Shown: piece by piece, positions 18,683-28,112 of the stretch | Position numbering within the stretch: position 1 is the first letter of the stretch | Layout of the letters: every line of letters begins with the position of its first letter | From: a virus | Virus record (IMG/VR): IMGVR_UViG_3300022540_000472 | Location: 18,978 to 82,977 of that record | Length of the DNA: 64,000 bases | Strand: one strand, 5' to 3' | Notes under the pieces: model-generated | Seen by the model: the letters and a program-made list of their open reading frames with translations, nothing else | Database searches by the model: none | Told to the model about the DNA's origin: nothing | Program-made: the position numbers and the translations under genes

Positions 18683-19038
18683 GTCGTAATCTAAACATAA
18701 GAACAAAAAATATTAACAGCAAACGATTATATGATGAAATTAATGAATTTGTTGAATCAGGATTAATGAGTATCGGGATTCGTTGGACTACACCTGAAAA
18801 CCGAGACACATTTTCAGAAATACTTGGAGAGTGGCTTGAAGAATTTCAAGGAGAGGGACGGATAACTCAATACAATGTTATTTGTGATGATCGTAACAAC
18901 TCCACCAAACAACAAAAGAAAGGGATTTTCAAAGTTTCTATTACGTACAAACAAATGCATTGTCTAAATGTGACTTCGATAGATTATGAACTTGTAGAAA
19001 GTAACAATCCCGTAGATGATGACATTATAACTTATTGA
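18679..19038 (+). CDS. Hypothetical protein
   Basis: ATGA overlap with thyA. Confidence 0.7.
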   Translation: MSRNLNIRTKNINSKRLYDEINEFVESGLMSIGIRWTTPENRDTFSEILGEWLEEFQGEGRITQYNVICDDRNNSTKQQKKGIFKVSITYKQMHCLNVTSIDYELVESNNPVDDDIITY

Positions 19039-19057
19039 TTTAGAAAGGGTTATACTG

Positions 19058-19086
19058 TTGACTTATTTGTAGAAATAGGGTATAAT
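19058..19086 (+). promoter_or_regulatory. sigma70 promoter for DNA ligase
   Basis: TTGACT-N17-TATAAT. Confidence 0.85.
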
Positions 19087-19119
19087 ATAGTATATTATCA
19101 ATAATCAAAGGACATCTCA

Positions 19120-21066
19120 ATGCTCGAATCAGATGAACGCAATATAGCTCTCGATATGTTAGCCAATCCCAATGAATACCATGTAGAATTTATCATATCA
19201 ACATTACAAACTGCTGATATGATGTATCACAATGACGAAGAATCTTATTTTGAAGATAATGAATATGATGCTTTGCGTTTAATTGCTCAACGTTTAGCTC
19301 CAACAGATGAATATTTTTTAGGTATCGGTTCAGATGTTCGTGGCGGCAAAGTTAAACTCCCATTTGAAATGGGAAGTTTGGACCAAGTTGAAATTGGTGA
19401 CATTGAAGATTGGGTTCGTAAAAATAATCTTCAAAATGAAGAAATTATTGCTACCGATAAAATGGATGGCACAAGTGCTTTAATCGTTTATAACAAAGGT
19501 GGCTATCCCCAAATTGCTTATAGTCGCGGCAATGGAACAGAAGGTGCTGATATTTCTCGTCACATTTTCAAAATCAAGAATGTTCCTGAACGATTAACAT
19601 CACAAAAAAGTATGACAATTCGAGCAGAAGTTGAATTAACTGAAACTGCATTTGCTATACTTCGTGAAATCGTTTTTAAATCTGATGGTTCCAAATACAA
19701 AAATGCTCGCAACATGGTTGCTGGTATTATGAATAGTTCAGAACGACCTGATATTGTTTATGAGTACTTAACTGTTGTTGCTTATCTAATTGTTGGTGAA
19801 GAAAATATCAACAAAGCTCAAATGTTAGCTCGATTAAGTGACGAAGGTTTTCAAGTAACTCCGTTTTGGAGATTTCTTGGTAAAGAATTAAATGACGAAT
19901 TATTAGCTAAATATCTTAACGAACGTCGAAGCGAAACTGATTATGCAATTGACGGATTAGTGCTAGATGTCAATAGCAAAGAAAAACGTCAAGAAATGAA
20001 TCCAACTCGTGACACACTGAATCCTGCTTACAGCATTAAGTACAAAGTTGCTGACGCTACCAACACTGCAATCGCAACTGTTCGTGGTGTTACTTGGAAT
20101 ATTTCGAAACACGGTTTCTTGAAGCCACAAGTAAACATTGAGCCAGTTGATTTGGTTGGTGTTACAGTTTCAAATGCAACAGGTTTCAACGCAAAGTTTA
20201 TTAAAGAAAATGGTATCGGTGCTGGAGCAAAAATTCGGATTACTCGTTCTGGTGATGTTATTCCATTCATCCAAGAATGTGTTGAACCAGCTACTGCTGA
20301 TATGCCAACAGAAGAATGTGAATGGAATGAAACTAATGTTGATTTGGTTATTCTTGATAAGAGCGGCAACGAAGAAGTAAAAATGCAACAAGCAATTGAT
20401 TTCTTTATGTCAATTGATGCACCTCATCTTCGTGAAGGTAGTGTTCGTAAAGTATTTGAACACTTTGAATTTTCTAATGGGGCAGATGCCATATCAGAAA
20501 TGATTAAATATAACAGAAATGACTGGTTACAGATGATTGGTGAAAATGGTAATAAGATTTATGATGGACTTCGTACTCGTTTGACTGATATTCCATTATA
20601 CACCTTGATGGGGTCAGTTCCATTCTTTGGTCGTGGTGTTGGTAAACGTAAGTTCAAAAAATTGATAACTGCTATTGGTTGGGAAGTTCTATATACTTGT
20701 GCTGATGATGATATTGTTCCTGTTGATGGGTTTGATATTACAACCGCCAACAAAATTCTTGCCGGAATGGATGAGTACTTAGCTTGGGTAGAAGAATTGG
20801 AACTTGACTTCATCACAATTACATACGAAGATGAAGGTCCAACTGGTACTTCAATGATTGGACAGAAAATTGTATTCACAGGCTTCCGTGATAAAGATTT
20901 ACAAGCGGCTGTTGAAGCTGCAGGTGGTGAAATGCAAAGTGGTGTTTCAGGCAAGACCACAATGCTTGTGACCAAAGATCCAAACAGCACTTCTGGTAAG
21001 GTTCAGAAGGCTCGTGACAAGGGTGTTCAGATTGTTGGTATTGATGAATTGAAAGGAATGGTATAA
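19120..21066 (+). CDS. ligA: NAD-dependent DNA ligase
   Basis: Domain Ia DxxYD; KMDG adenylation motif; SRGNG..G.DI; RAEVE; IDGLV; RSGDVIP; C-terminal BRCT (VFTG...GG...VS.KT). Confidence 0.95.
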   Translation: MLESDERNIALDMLANPNEYHVEFIISTLQTADMMYHNDEESYFEDNEYDALRLIAQRLAPTDEYFLGIGSDVRGGKVKLPFEMGSLDQVEIGDIEDWVRKNNLQNEEIIATDKMDGTSALIVYNKGGYPQIAYSRGNGTEGADISRHIFKIKNVPERLTSQKSMTIRAEVELTETAFAILREIVFKSDGSKYKNARNMVAGIMNSSERPDIVYEYLTVVAYLIVGEENINKAQMLARLSDEGFQVTPFWRFLGKELNDELLAKYLNERRSETDYAIDGLVLDVNSKEKRQEMNPTRDTLNPAYSIKYKVADATNTAIATVRGVTWNISKHGFLKPQVNIEPVDLVGVTVSNATGFNAKFIKENGIGAGAKIRITRSGDVIPFIQECVEPATADMPTEECEWNETNVDLVILDKSGNEEVKMQQAIDFFMSIDAPHLREGSVRKVFEHFEFSNGADAISEMIKYNRNDWLQMIGENGNKIYDGLRTRLTDIPLYTLMGSVPFFGRGVGKRKFKKLITAIGWEVLYTCADDDIVPVDGFDITTANKILAGMDEYLAWVEELELDFITITYEDEGPTGTSMIGQKIVFTGFRDKDLQAAVEAAGGEMQSGVSGKTTMLVTKDPNSTSGKVQKARDKGVQIVGIDELKGMV

Positions 21067-21539
21067 TGGGAATGAATAAAGCAATATATCTTGGACCTTA
21101 CATTCGAGTCGAAAAAGTTAAAGAAAAAACAGAAACATCAAAACGGAAATGTCCCAATGAGCACGAAATCTCATTTGGTGAATTTTGTCCACAATGTGGT
21201 AGTAAAATTATTAACGTCACCATCGACGGTGAAGATTTTGTCGGTGGACATCAAATTATGCATGACAATGATTTTGAAGATGCGTTTATTATTAATGATG
21301 TAGACGGTGACGAAACAACAATGTTATTTGTTCCTAATAACAGAAGCGCCGGTGGAAAGTATTTGGAAGATTTTGATGGCTATATGTCATTTGTCAATTC
21401 ACTTGATGAAGAACTTGATACTGGACCATATCAAACGATCACTAGAATGAAAGACCAGTACAAAGACGAAATTCTAGTAATAGAAAAAACATTTAAAAAT
21501 ATTCAATATGAATATGGTATCGCTACTTGGTGGTGGTAA
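21066..21539 (+). CDS. Hypothetical protein with Zn ribbon
   Basis: CPNEH...FCPQCG. Confidence 0.7.
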   Translation: MGMNKAIYLGPYIRVEKVKEKTETSKRKCPNEHEISFGEFCPQCGSKIINVTIDGEDFVGGHQIMHDNDFEDAFIINDVDGDETTMLFVPNNRSAGGKYLEDFDGYMSFVNSLDEELDTGPYQTITRMKDQYKDEILVIEKTFKNIQYEYGIATWWW

Positions 21540-21555
21540 TTAAAGGAGTATTACA

Positions 21556-21732
21556 ATGAAAAAATTTGCAACAGCATTAAAGCTATTTGAAAAGCATGTT
21601 CCAAATGTTGAAATACAAATTGTGGAGCGCACATTAACGAACTGGTTTATGGTAACTACGACCGAAAATCATAAGTATTCAGTTGATATTTCTACAAATA
21701 AAGTAGAAAGAAGTTACGACGACCCAGAATAA
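21556..21732 (+). CDS. Small hypothetical protein (58 aa, not in the ORF track)
   Basis: AAGGAG RBS 8 nt before ATG; MKKFATALKLFEKH...YDDPE; fills the gap. Confidence 0.65.
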   Translation: MKKFATALKLFEKHVPNVEIQIVERTLTNWFMVTTTENHKYSVDISTNKVERSYDDPE

Positions 21733-21778
21733 TACACAAGCCTCGCAAGAGGCATAATAGAGAATAAGAATATGATAA

Positions 21779-22345
21779 ATGAAAAAAATATCGGTAATAG
21801 TAGCTGTCGATGAACAAGGCGGCTTTGGATTAAACGGAAAAATTCCGTGGCACTTCCCAGAAGATTTTAAACATTTTAAAGACACTACGATGGGTGGTGT
21901 CTGTATTATGGGCAGGAAAACATACGAAGAGATTGTTCAAATGTCGGGTCGCAAGAATAAAGCGATTCAAACATATGAGGAAATCGCAGATATGGGAAGT
22001 CCAGAACAAAAACCAACAGAAGAGAAACCATTATTAGATGGACGAGAATGTTTCGTATTATCCAGTGATGCAAATTTCAAACCTATTGGTGCTGAACGTG
22101 GTGCTGGATTACGAGAGGTGATTGAAAAGTTAGATGATACAGATAATCGTGAAATATTTGTAATTGGAGGTGAGAAACTCTTCATTCAAGCATTGGCTTG
22201 GACGGATAAAATATACATGACAATCATCAAGAATGATTATGAATGTGACCGATTCTTCCCGATTCAAAATTTATCCAAAACCTATAGGATTGATTCTGGT
22301 GAAGAATTAGATGAAATGTACTTTGTACGATATATAAGGAAGTAA
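21779..22345 (+). CDS. folA: Dihydrofolate reductase
   Basis: IVAVDEQGGFG..GKIPW.FPEDFKHFK..T....IMGRKTYE; FVIGGE; CDRFFP. Confidence 0.95.
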   Translation: MKKISVIVAVDEQGGFGLNGKIPWHFPEDFKHFKDTTMGGVCIMGRKTYEEIVQMSGRKNKAIQTYEEIADMGSPEQKPTEEKPLLDGRECFVLSSDANFKPIGAERGAGLREVIEKLDDTDNREIFVIGGEKLFIQALAWTDKIYMTIIKNDYECDRFFPIQNLSKTYRIDSGEELDEMYFVRYIRK

Positions 22346-22367
22346 CTAACTCATCGGAGATACTATA

Positions 22368-22565
22368 GTGACAGATATTTGTAAATCTGGAAAGATTGGC
22401 GATAGCTACTCTTTTCTCATAATTGCTAACAATGACAAAGAATTTGATATAACACTAAACACACCAACAGAACAATATACAAACAAAACAACATCATCGC
22501 AGTCAGCAGCGCTTTGGTTGGAACAAAAGATAAATATAATAAACAACGAACAACGAGAAGAATAA
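22368..22565 (+). CDS. Small hypothetical protein
   Basis: GGAG RBS, GTG start, coupled to the next gene. Confidence 0.5.
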   Translation: MTDICKSGKIGDSYSFLIIANNDKEFDITLNTPTEQYTNKTTSSQSAALWLEQKINIINNEQREE

Positions 22566-23068
22566 TGGAAGAGAATTTACCAAGTGGGACATATGCTGCT
22601 GTCCACTTTGACGAACAAACGATAAACAAAATTCAACAATTTATCACTGACAACAACATCCCAAATGGATTAGCCCCAAACAAGATGCACTGTACACTTT
22701 TGTATAGTAGAAAACATTTACCTGATTATGTTCGGCATGGAGATATCAATCCACCACTAAAAGGTACGCCTACTAAATTGGAAAAGTGGCCAAGTCAGCC
22801 TGATAGCGAAGGCAACGTGTCTATGTGTCTTGTAATGAAATTTGATTGTCCTGAATTAGTGGAACGACACAACTTTTTAATGAAAGAACATAATGCTTCA
22901 TTTGATTTTGATAAGTATACTCCTCATGTTACATTATCATATGATGTTGCAGGAATGCAAGTTAAAGACCTTTCCAACATTGAAGATACAGTTGATAGCA
23001 TGACGGTTGTATATGAATATGGAGATGACTTAAATTTAGATTGGGCGAAAACAAGCACATCTTCCTAA
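22565..23068 (+). CDS. acb1: Acb1/T4 gp57B-like 2H phosphodiesterase (anti-CBASS nuclease)
   Basis: GTYAAVHF...HCTLLYSR...FDKYTPHVTLSY...Y.D.LNLDWA matches T4 gp57B (HSTICYSR, DDYTPHITLSY, LKLDWA) as recalled. Confidence 0.88.
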   Translation: MEENLPSGTYAAVHFDEQTINKIQQFITDNNIPNGLAPNKMHCTLLYSRKHLPDYVRHGDINPPLKGTPTKLEKWPSQPDSEGNVSMCLVMKFDCPELVERHNFLMKEHNASFDFDKYTPHVTLSYDVAGMQVKDLSNIEDTVDSMTVVYEYGDDLNLDWAKTSTSS

Positions 23069-23092
23069 ATATCCCAATTAGGGAGAAGGAAA

Positions 23093-23530
23093 ATGTTCAA
23101 AGGATTGATATTTTTGTTGTTTTTGTTTAGTACCTCTGCAGTTGCGGTTGATTACGCAGCTATGGTTAAACAAGAAGGTAATGCTCTTGTTCTATCTGTC
23201 GGAGGAGAACGTATTGCATCTATTGATGAATATGGACTCAAGTCGAAGAAAGTACAACAACAAATACTTGATAGAGCTGTAAAGCAAGTAGATTTTTGTG
23301 CTACAAAAGGTCGGTGGGGTAGTTCTCTCGCTGATGAAGCAAAAGATAAAATCGGTAATGTAAAATTTCATATAAATCGTTTATATGAGATGACAAAAGA
23401 TATCAAGATTCCACGATATATGATCGTTGATAATGAACGAATGATACGAGAAGCATACAGACATGGTTATAAAGACCATTATCAATTTGGAGTGCAAGTT
23501 ATAAAGGATTGTCTAGTTAATGGATTTTAA
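23093..23530 (+). CDS. Secreted hypothetical protein
   Basis: Signal peptide MFKGLIFLLFLFSTSAVA; two Cys. Confidence 0.7.
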   Translation: MFKGLIFLLFLFSTSAVAVDYAAMVKQEGNALVLSVGGERIASIDEYGLKSKKVQQQILDRAVKQVDFCATKGRWGSSLADEAKDKIGNVKFHINRLYEMTKDIKIPRYMIVDNERMIREAYRHGYKDHYQFGVQVIKDCLVNGF

Positions 23531-23533
23531 TTG

Positions 23534-23571
23534 TTGACTTTTTAGTCTCTTTGTTATATAATTTATAAATA
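23534..23571 (+). promoter_or_regulatory. Tandem sigma70 and T4-type late promoters for tmRNA
   Basis: TTGACT-N17-TATAAT (23534-23562) immediately followed by TATAAATA (23564-23571). Confidence 0.85.
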
Positions 23572-23574
23572 GAT

Positions 23575-23910
23575 ATATCATTGTATGAAAGTAATGAAAT
23601 AGGAAGGTAACACGCGGGTTCGAATCCCGCCTTCTCCACCAAAAGCATTTTATGCGGCAGCAAAGTTTTAGTTTAGCGACTGAAAAATGGTTAGAATGAA
23701 AAAATTAGCCCGCCTAACCAGAATGCTTCTGATGGGGATGACTTGGAATCGACTATCGACTGAAAGATTACTGGACAGTGCGTCAAGTTGACCGACGTAA
23801 AAAGGGCAAAAAACTATAATTGCAAATGACGAAAGTTATGCATATGCAATGGCTGCCTAAACAGCAATAGCCATTACGGGGTTGATAAAACCTGGCAACA
23901 GAATTATCAT
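23575..23910 (+). ncRNA. ssrA: Circularly permuted (two-piece) tmRNA
   Basis: Acceptor piece GCGGG-TTCGAAT-CCCGC-CTTCTCC-A-CCA ends at 23641; coding piece starts GGGGATGACTTGGAATCGAC at 23734; tag frame 23822-23860 ANDESYAYAMAA*; G3.U70 and A73 alanine identity; outer ends approximate. Confidence 0.93.
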
Positions 23911-23911
23911 T

Positions 23912-23935
23912 AGGGTAGCTTCGGCTGCCCTTTTT
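23912..23935 (+). terminator. Rho-independent terminator closing the tmRNA gene
   Basis: AGGGTAGC-TTCG-GCTGCCCT followed by T-run. Confidence 0.9.
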
Positions 23936-24001
23936 ATTGCCTGTCATTTCTTCACATAAATAATATTATAACAAAAACATCAACTCATAAAAGAAGATTA
24001 T

Positions 24002-24628
24002 ATGACATATAAATTTGAAGAAGAAGCAAACGAAAATGAAATTAAAAAACCTTTCAAATATTACGAAAGTCCAACTGGGCAAAGAATTCATCATTTCTAC
24101 ATAAGTGAAAGTGTAGAAGAACCAGCTAAGTATGTTGATATGATTCATCGTATCAAAACGGCTGGACCAACTGACTTAGTTTACATCTACCTCAATACAC
24201 CTGGTGGATATATCAATACTGGTATACAAATTATAAGTGCCATAAAATCATCACAGGCTCATGTTATAACAGTACTCGAAGGAGAAGTTTGTTCTCTTGG
24301 TACTCTTATATTTCTTTCTGGTGACGAATTCATTGTTCATGACTTCTGTATGTTCATGATTCATAATTATAGTGGTGGTACATATGGTAAAGGCCACGAG
24401 CAAGTTGCTCAACTTGAAGCTATGACAAGAGAATGGGGAAAATTAGCTCATGACATTTATGTTCCTTTTATTACCGAAGAAGAACTTGAACGAATTATTA
24501 AAGGCGAAGACCTTTGGATGGGTAGTGACGAAGTTCGTACTCGATTGCAGAAGATGCTTAAAACTATGGAAAGAGAAGCTAAATCCAAATTGAAGGCTGA
24601 AAAAGCTGCTCTAAAAAAGACTAAATAA
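24002..24628 (+). CDS. clpP: ClpP-family serine protease
   Basis: IYLNTPGG; GEVCSLG (catalytic Ser); FMIHN (catalytic His); EDLWM; CATAAATA at 23955-23962. Confidence 0.85.
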   Translation: MTYKFEEEANENEIKKPFKYYESPTGQRIHHFYISESVEEPAKYVDMIHRIKTAGPTDLVYIYLNTPGGYINTGIQIISAIKSSQAHVITVLEGEVCSLGTLIFLSGDEFIVHDFCMFMIHNYSGGTYGKGHEQVAQLEAMTREWGKLAHDIYVPFITEEELERIIKGEDLWMGSDEVRTRLQKMLKTMEREAKSKLKAEKAALKKTK

Positions 24629-24666
24629 TTAATACCCCCTTATCAATGTCCCCAATTTGGGGGCAC

Positions 24667-24695
24667 TTGATTTCCTCACCGCATTATTGTATAAT
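24667..24695 (+). promoter_or_regulatory. sigma70 promoter for primase
   Basis: TTGATT-N17-TATAAT; implies start at 24702, not 24657. Confidence 0.7.
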
Positions 24696-24701
24696 AGGCT
24701 G

Positions 24702-25772
24702 ATGAAAGATGTCCGCTTAGAAGATGTAATACGCAATTATGTTCCCCTACCACTTCACCCCAATGGTCGTGGTTTCTATTCTGTCCTCTGTAAAGTATGT
24801 GGAGATAGAGGCCACAAAGGAATGAGAGCTGGATTTAAGTTTGATAATGATGCAGTTGGATATAATTGTTTCAATTGTGGACACAAGGCTATATACGACC
24901 CAAATGCTGAAGTAATACCCAACCACCCAAGCATTTCAGATGCTATGACAAAAGTTCTTGATGCGTTCAATATTCCCGACGATGAATGGAAACAAGTCTT
25001 ATTAACGAATATGGCTAATGACCATCAGGGGTTCAAAAACGTTGGGAAGCAGCCAGTACATTTAGATATAGAGCCAAAAGAAATTGAGCTACCAAAACAC
25101 TTCTATCCCCTTGGTAATGAAGAAGATACTAACAAATGGACACAGATTGCACGATTCTATCTTGAAGAGAGAGGAATATCCCCCGATTCTGGTCCGTTCT
25201 ATCTGTCCACAGGACAAGGTGATAAGCAGGCTGCAAAATGGAAAGGACGAATTATAATACCGATATACAAAGATGAGAAGCTGATATTTTACCAAGGACG
25301 AGCTCTCGTTGATATGCAAAAGAAATATATGAGTCCACCAACCCCCAAAGACAAGGTGTTGTATGGATTTGACAAATTATTCAAAAATGCTGATTTACCA
25401 TTATATGTCGTTGAGGGGTGGTTTGATGCGTATGCCATTGATGGAGTTGCTGTTTTTGGTAATCAATTATCAGATGAACAGGTAAAATGGCTAAATAGAA
25501 GCAGACGTCCAAAAGTCATAATACCTGACAGGTTTGGTGATGGTCATATATTAGCGAATCAAGCGTTAAAAATGGGATGGCAAGTAAGTACACCAGATGT
25601 TGGAAATTGCAAAGACATGAACGCTGCTGTTCAAAGATATGGAAAGCTGTATGTAATGAAGTCAATAATTGAACACACGATGTCTGAATTTATGGCTGAG
25701 ACAGCGATTGGAGTATATTGCAAGGGTGGACAAAATAAAGGCAAGACGAAGAATAAAAAAACACGTTCGTGA
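24702..25772 (+). CDS. DNA primase (T4 gp61-like)
   Basis: Zn finger CKVCGD...CFNCG; RIIIP...FYQGR; TOPRIM VVEGWFDA...PD; KDMN. Confidence 0.9.
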   Translation: MKDVRLEDVIRNYVPLPLHPNGRGFYSVLCKVCGDRGHKGMRAGFKFDNDAVGYNCFNCGHKAIYDPNAEVIPNHPSISDAMTKVLDAFNIPDDEWKQVLLTNMANDHQGFKNVGKQPVHLDIEPKEIELPKHFYPLGNEEDTNKWTQIARFYLEERGISPDSGPFYLSTGQGDKQAAKWKGRIIIPIYKDEKLIFYQGRALVDMQKKYMSPPTPKDKVLYGFDKLFKNADLPLYVVEGWFDAYAIDGVAVFGNQLSDEQVKWLNRSRRPKVIIPDRFGDGHILANQALKMGWQVSTPDVGNCKDMNAAVQRYGKLYVMKSIIEHTMSEFMAETAIGVYCKGGQNKGKTKNKKTRS

Positions 25773-26133
25773 ACGTGGAGGACGTTGTGACTTTGAAGTA
25801 ACTCCACAATTCGTTTTGTTCTGGTGGCACAAATTAAACAGTGCTGTTTTTGATAATAAATTGACACCACCAAAAAAGATTGAGATTAGAAATTTTCGTG
25901 ATTGTTGGGGATGGTGCAAAACATACAAAACGAAACCTGACATTGTTCTTGGTATAACAAGTGACATGTGGGACCGCAAAACTTTCCTAACTGTTTTAGT
26001 TCATGAGATGGTTCATCAACACGAGCATCAAACATACAAAAAGATGTCCCATGGCCAAAACTTCTATTATTGGCAAGATAAAATCAAAAGAAATATTGGG
26101 TTATCGTTAAGCGAATACGTAGACGTTGATTAA
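25726..26133 (+). CDS. SprT-like zinc metalloprotease
   Basis: LNSAVFDNKL; VLVHEMVHQ (HExxH); SHGQNF..W; GTG start proposed. Confidence 0.85.
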   Translation: MDKIKARRRIKKHVRERGGRCDFEVTPQFVLFWWHKLNSAVFDNKLTPPKKIEIRNFRDCWGWCKTYKTKPDIVLGITSDMWDRKTFLTVLVHEMVHQHEHQTYKKMSHGQNFYYWQDKIKRNIGLSLSEYVDVD

Positions 26134-26154
26134 TATTCCATTCTGTAGTATAAT
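26126..26154 (+). promoter_or_regulatory. sigma70 promoter for topoisomerase
   Basis: TTGATT-N17-TATAAT. Confidence 0.7.
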
Positions 26155-26192
26155 ATCCCTATTATAAAATAACAAATATAAAAGGTACCCGC

Positions 26193-28112
26193 GTGGTTAA
26201 GAAAAAAGAATATAGTTCTGATGATATTCAGATCCTTACAGACCGTGAACATGTAAGATTAAGAACACAAATTTACTTAGGTAATACTCACCCAACTTCA
26301 TATAACGTACCTGTCTTCTTGGATGGTAAGTTCGCTATTGAAAGTGTTGAGTTTATTCCTGCTGTATATAAAGCCGTGGGTGAAATTATTGATAATAGTA
26401 TTGATGAGTTTGCTCAAATCAATCAAAAAGATAATCATCTTAAAATTGTTGCTGACCCAATCAATGGTAGTTATACTATTGGAGATAATGGTCGTGGTAT
26501 TCCTATTGATAAGCATGAGTCTGGAAAGTTTACTCCAGAAGTAGCACTTGGTTCGTTACGAGCAGGTAGAAACTTTTCCAATGATAAAGAAGCAGGTGTA
26601 ATTGGACAGAATGGTGTTGGTAGTGCTTGTACAAATTATTGTAGTTCAGAATTTCATATTACAGTCAATCGTGATAATAAGAAATATACTCAATCGTTTA
26701 CAAATGGTGCGGAATCAGTAACGAAGCCATCTATTCGCAAAGGACCTTCAAAAACGGGAACTGAAGTTTCATTCACATTGGACCCAACTGTGTTTAAAGA
26801 TGTGGCACTCCCTCCTCGTCTCATGAATAATCGGGCCATTGAACTTGCGTTCACGAACCCCAACGTCGTTGTTGAATACAACAAACACAAGTACAAGTAC
26901 CGTAGAGGTCTTGAAGATATCGTTAAAAAGTTGGTCCAGAGTTCTATCCTTGATGAGGGAAGTTATTTCAAGTTTATTTATGAACAAGACGGACTTCAAA
27001 TGGAGTTCTATGTTATTCATGGAGTATATGAAGGGTTGGATGAACAAATTTTCTCTTGGGTGAATAGTTCATTATTATTTGATGGTGGGTTGTGTAATAC
27101 ACAATTCCTTAACTCATTTTATGATAAGGTTGTCACTCATTTAAAGACTGCGGCAAAGAAACAAAAAGTTGAAGTTACAAAAAATGATGTTCGTCAAAAT
27201 CTTCTTGTTCTTGGTAATTTAAAAATTGCTAATCCAGAATACGATGCTCAATCAAAGACTCGCTTAACTGGTCCCAACACTCGTAAAGAGATGGGAGAGA
27301 TGATGGGAGCAATGTGGACTTCTTTCTCACGGAAGAATAAGGGATGGTTAGAAGAAGTACTAAACCGTGCGATTGATAGACATCACACAAGTGCTAACAA
27401 AAAAGCTATTAAGGACCACACAAAAACATTAAGTAAGAAAGTTCCTGGTCTTGTTGATGCTACAAGCAAAATGAGATTTAATTGTCAAGTACTTGTCACT
27501 GAAGGATTATCTGCTGCAAGTATGATTACGGAAGCACGAGACCCAGTAACAACTGCCTCGTTCCCACTTACTGGGAAAATTAATAATGTGTATGGAAATA
27601 CTCCTGCACAAATTTTGCAGATGGGAAAGATAACAAACCTATTAGCTGCTGTTGGATTAGTTCCTGGTAAGCGAGCTGTTCGTGGTGAGTTACGTTTTGG
27701 TAAAGTAGTCATTGCGACTGATGCGGATTATGATGGAAGTGATATTTTTACACTTCTTGTAAATCTATTCTATACGTTTTGGCCTGAATTATTAGACCCA
27801 AATTATGAACCGTTTATATATCGGTTAGTTGCTCCCAACGTTGCTGTTATTAAAGGGAAAGAACGAATTCATTTTACAACACGTGCTGATTATGATAAAG
27901 TAAAAACCAAATACAAGTCATGGAATGTAAATTATTATAAGGGACTTGGCTCTATGGTTAAAAAAGATTGGGAAATGATTTTAAGTGGAAAAACAGATAC
28001 GTTAATTCCTATCGTAGATGATGGTAACATGAAAGATACATTACAATTGCTATTTGGTCCAAGTGCGGATAACCGCAAGGTATGGTTACAAAATGAAACA
28101 ACAAACAACTGA
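26193..28112 (+). CDS. Type II DNA topoisomerase, large (GyrB-like ATPase+TOPRIM; T4 gp39+60) subunit
   Basis: EIIDNSIDE; DNGRGIP; GRNF; GQNGVGS; TEGLSA; FPLTGK; DADYDGSDI; YYKGLGS. Confidence 0.96.
   Translation: MVKKKEYSSDDIQILTDREHVRLRTQIYLGNTHPTSYNVPVFLDGKFAIESVEFIPAVYKAVGEIIDNSIDEFAQINQKDNHLKIVADPINGSYTIGDNGRGIPIDKHESGKFTPEVALGSLRAGRNFSNDKEAGVIGQNGVGSACTNYCSSEFHITVNRDNKKYTQSFTNGAESVTKPSIRKGPSKTGTEVSFTLDPTVFKDVALPPRLMNNRAIELAFTNPNVVVEYNKHKYKYRRGLEDIVKKLVQSSILDEGSYFKFIYEQDGLQMEFYVIHGVYEGLDEQIFSWVNSSLLFDGGLCNTQFLNSFYDKVVTHLKTAAKKQKVEVTKNDVRQNLLVLGNLKIANPEYDAQSKTRLTGPNTRKEMGEMMGAMWTSFSRKNKGWLEEVLNRAIDRHHTSANKKAIKDHTKTLSKKVPGLVDATSKMRFNCQVLVTEGLSAASMITEARDPVTTASFPLTGKINNVYGNTPAQILQMGKITNLLAAVGLVPGKRAVRGELRFGKVVIATDADYDGSDIFTLLVNLFYTFWPELLDPNYEPFIYRLVAPNVAVIKGKERIHFTTRADYDKVKTKYKSWNVNYYKGLGSMVKKDWEMILSGKTDTLIPIVDDGNMKDTLQLLFGPSADNRKVWLQNETTNN

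Noticed and set aside
15065-21066. NAD+ reconstitution (NARP-type) pathway
   Set aside because: No Nampt, Nmnat, Adps or Namat-like genes recognised; NADAR and the NAD-dependent ligase do not form such a pathway
23611-23641. T-arm plus CCA as a tRNA gene
   Set aside because: No upstream D-arm or anticodon arm; the partner 5' strand lies downstream at 23734, so it is the tmRNA acceptor piece
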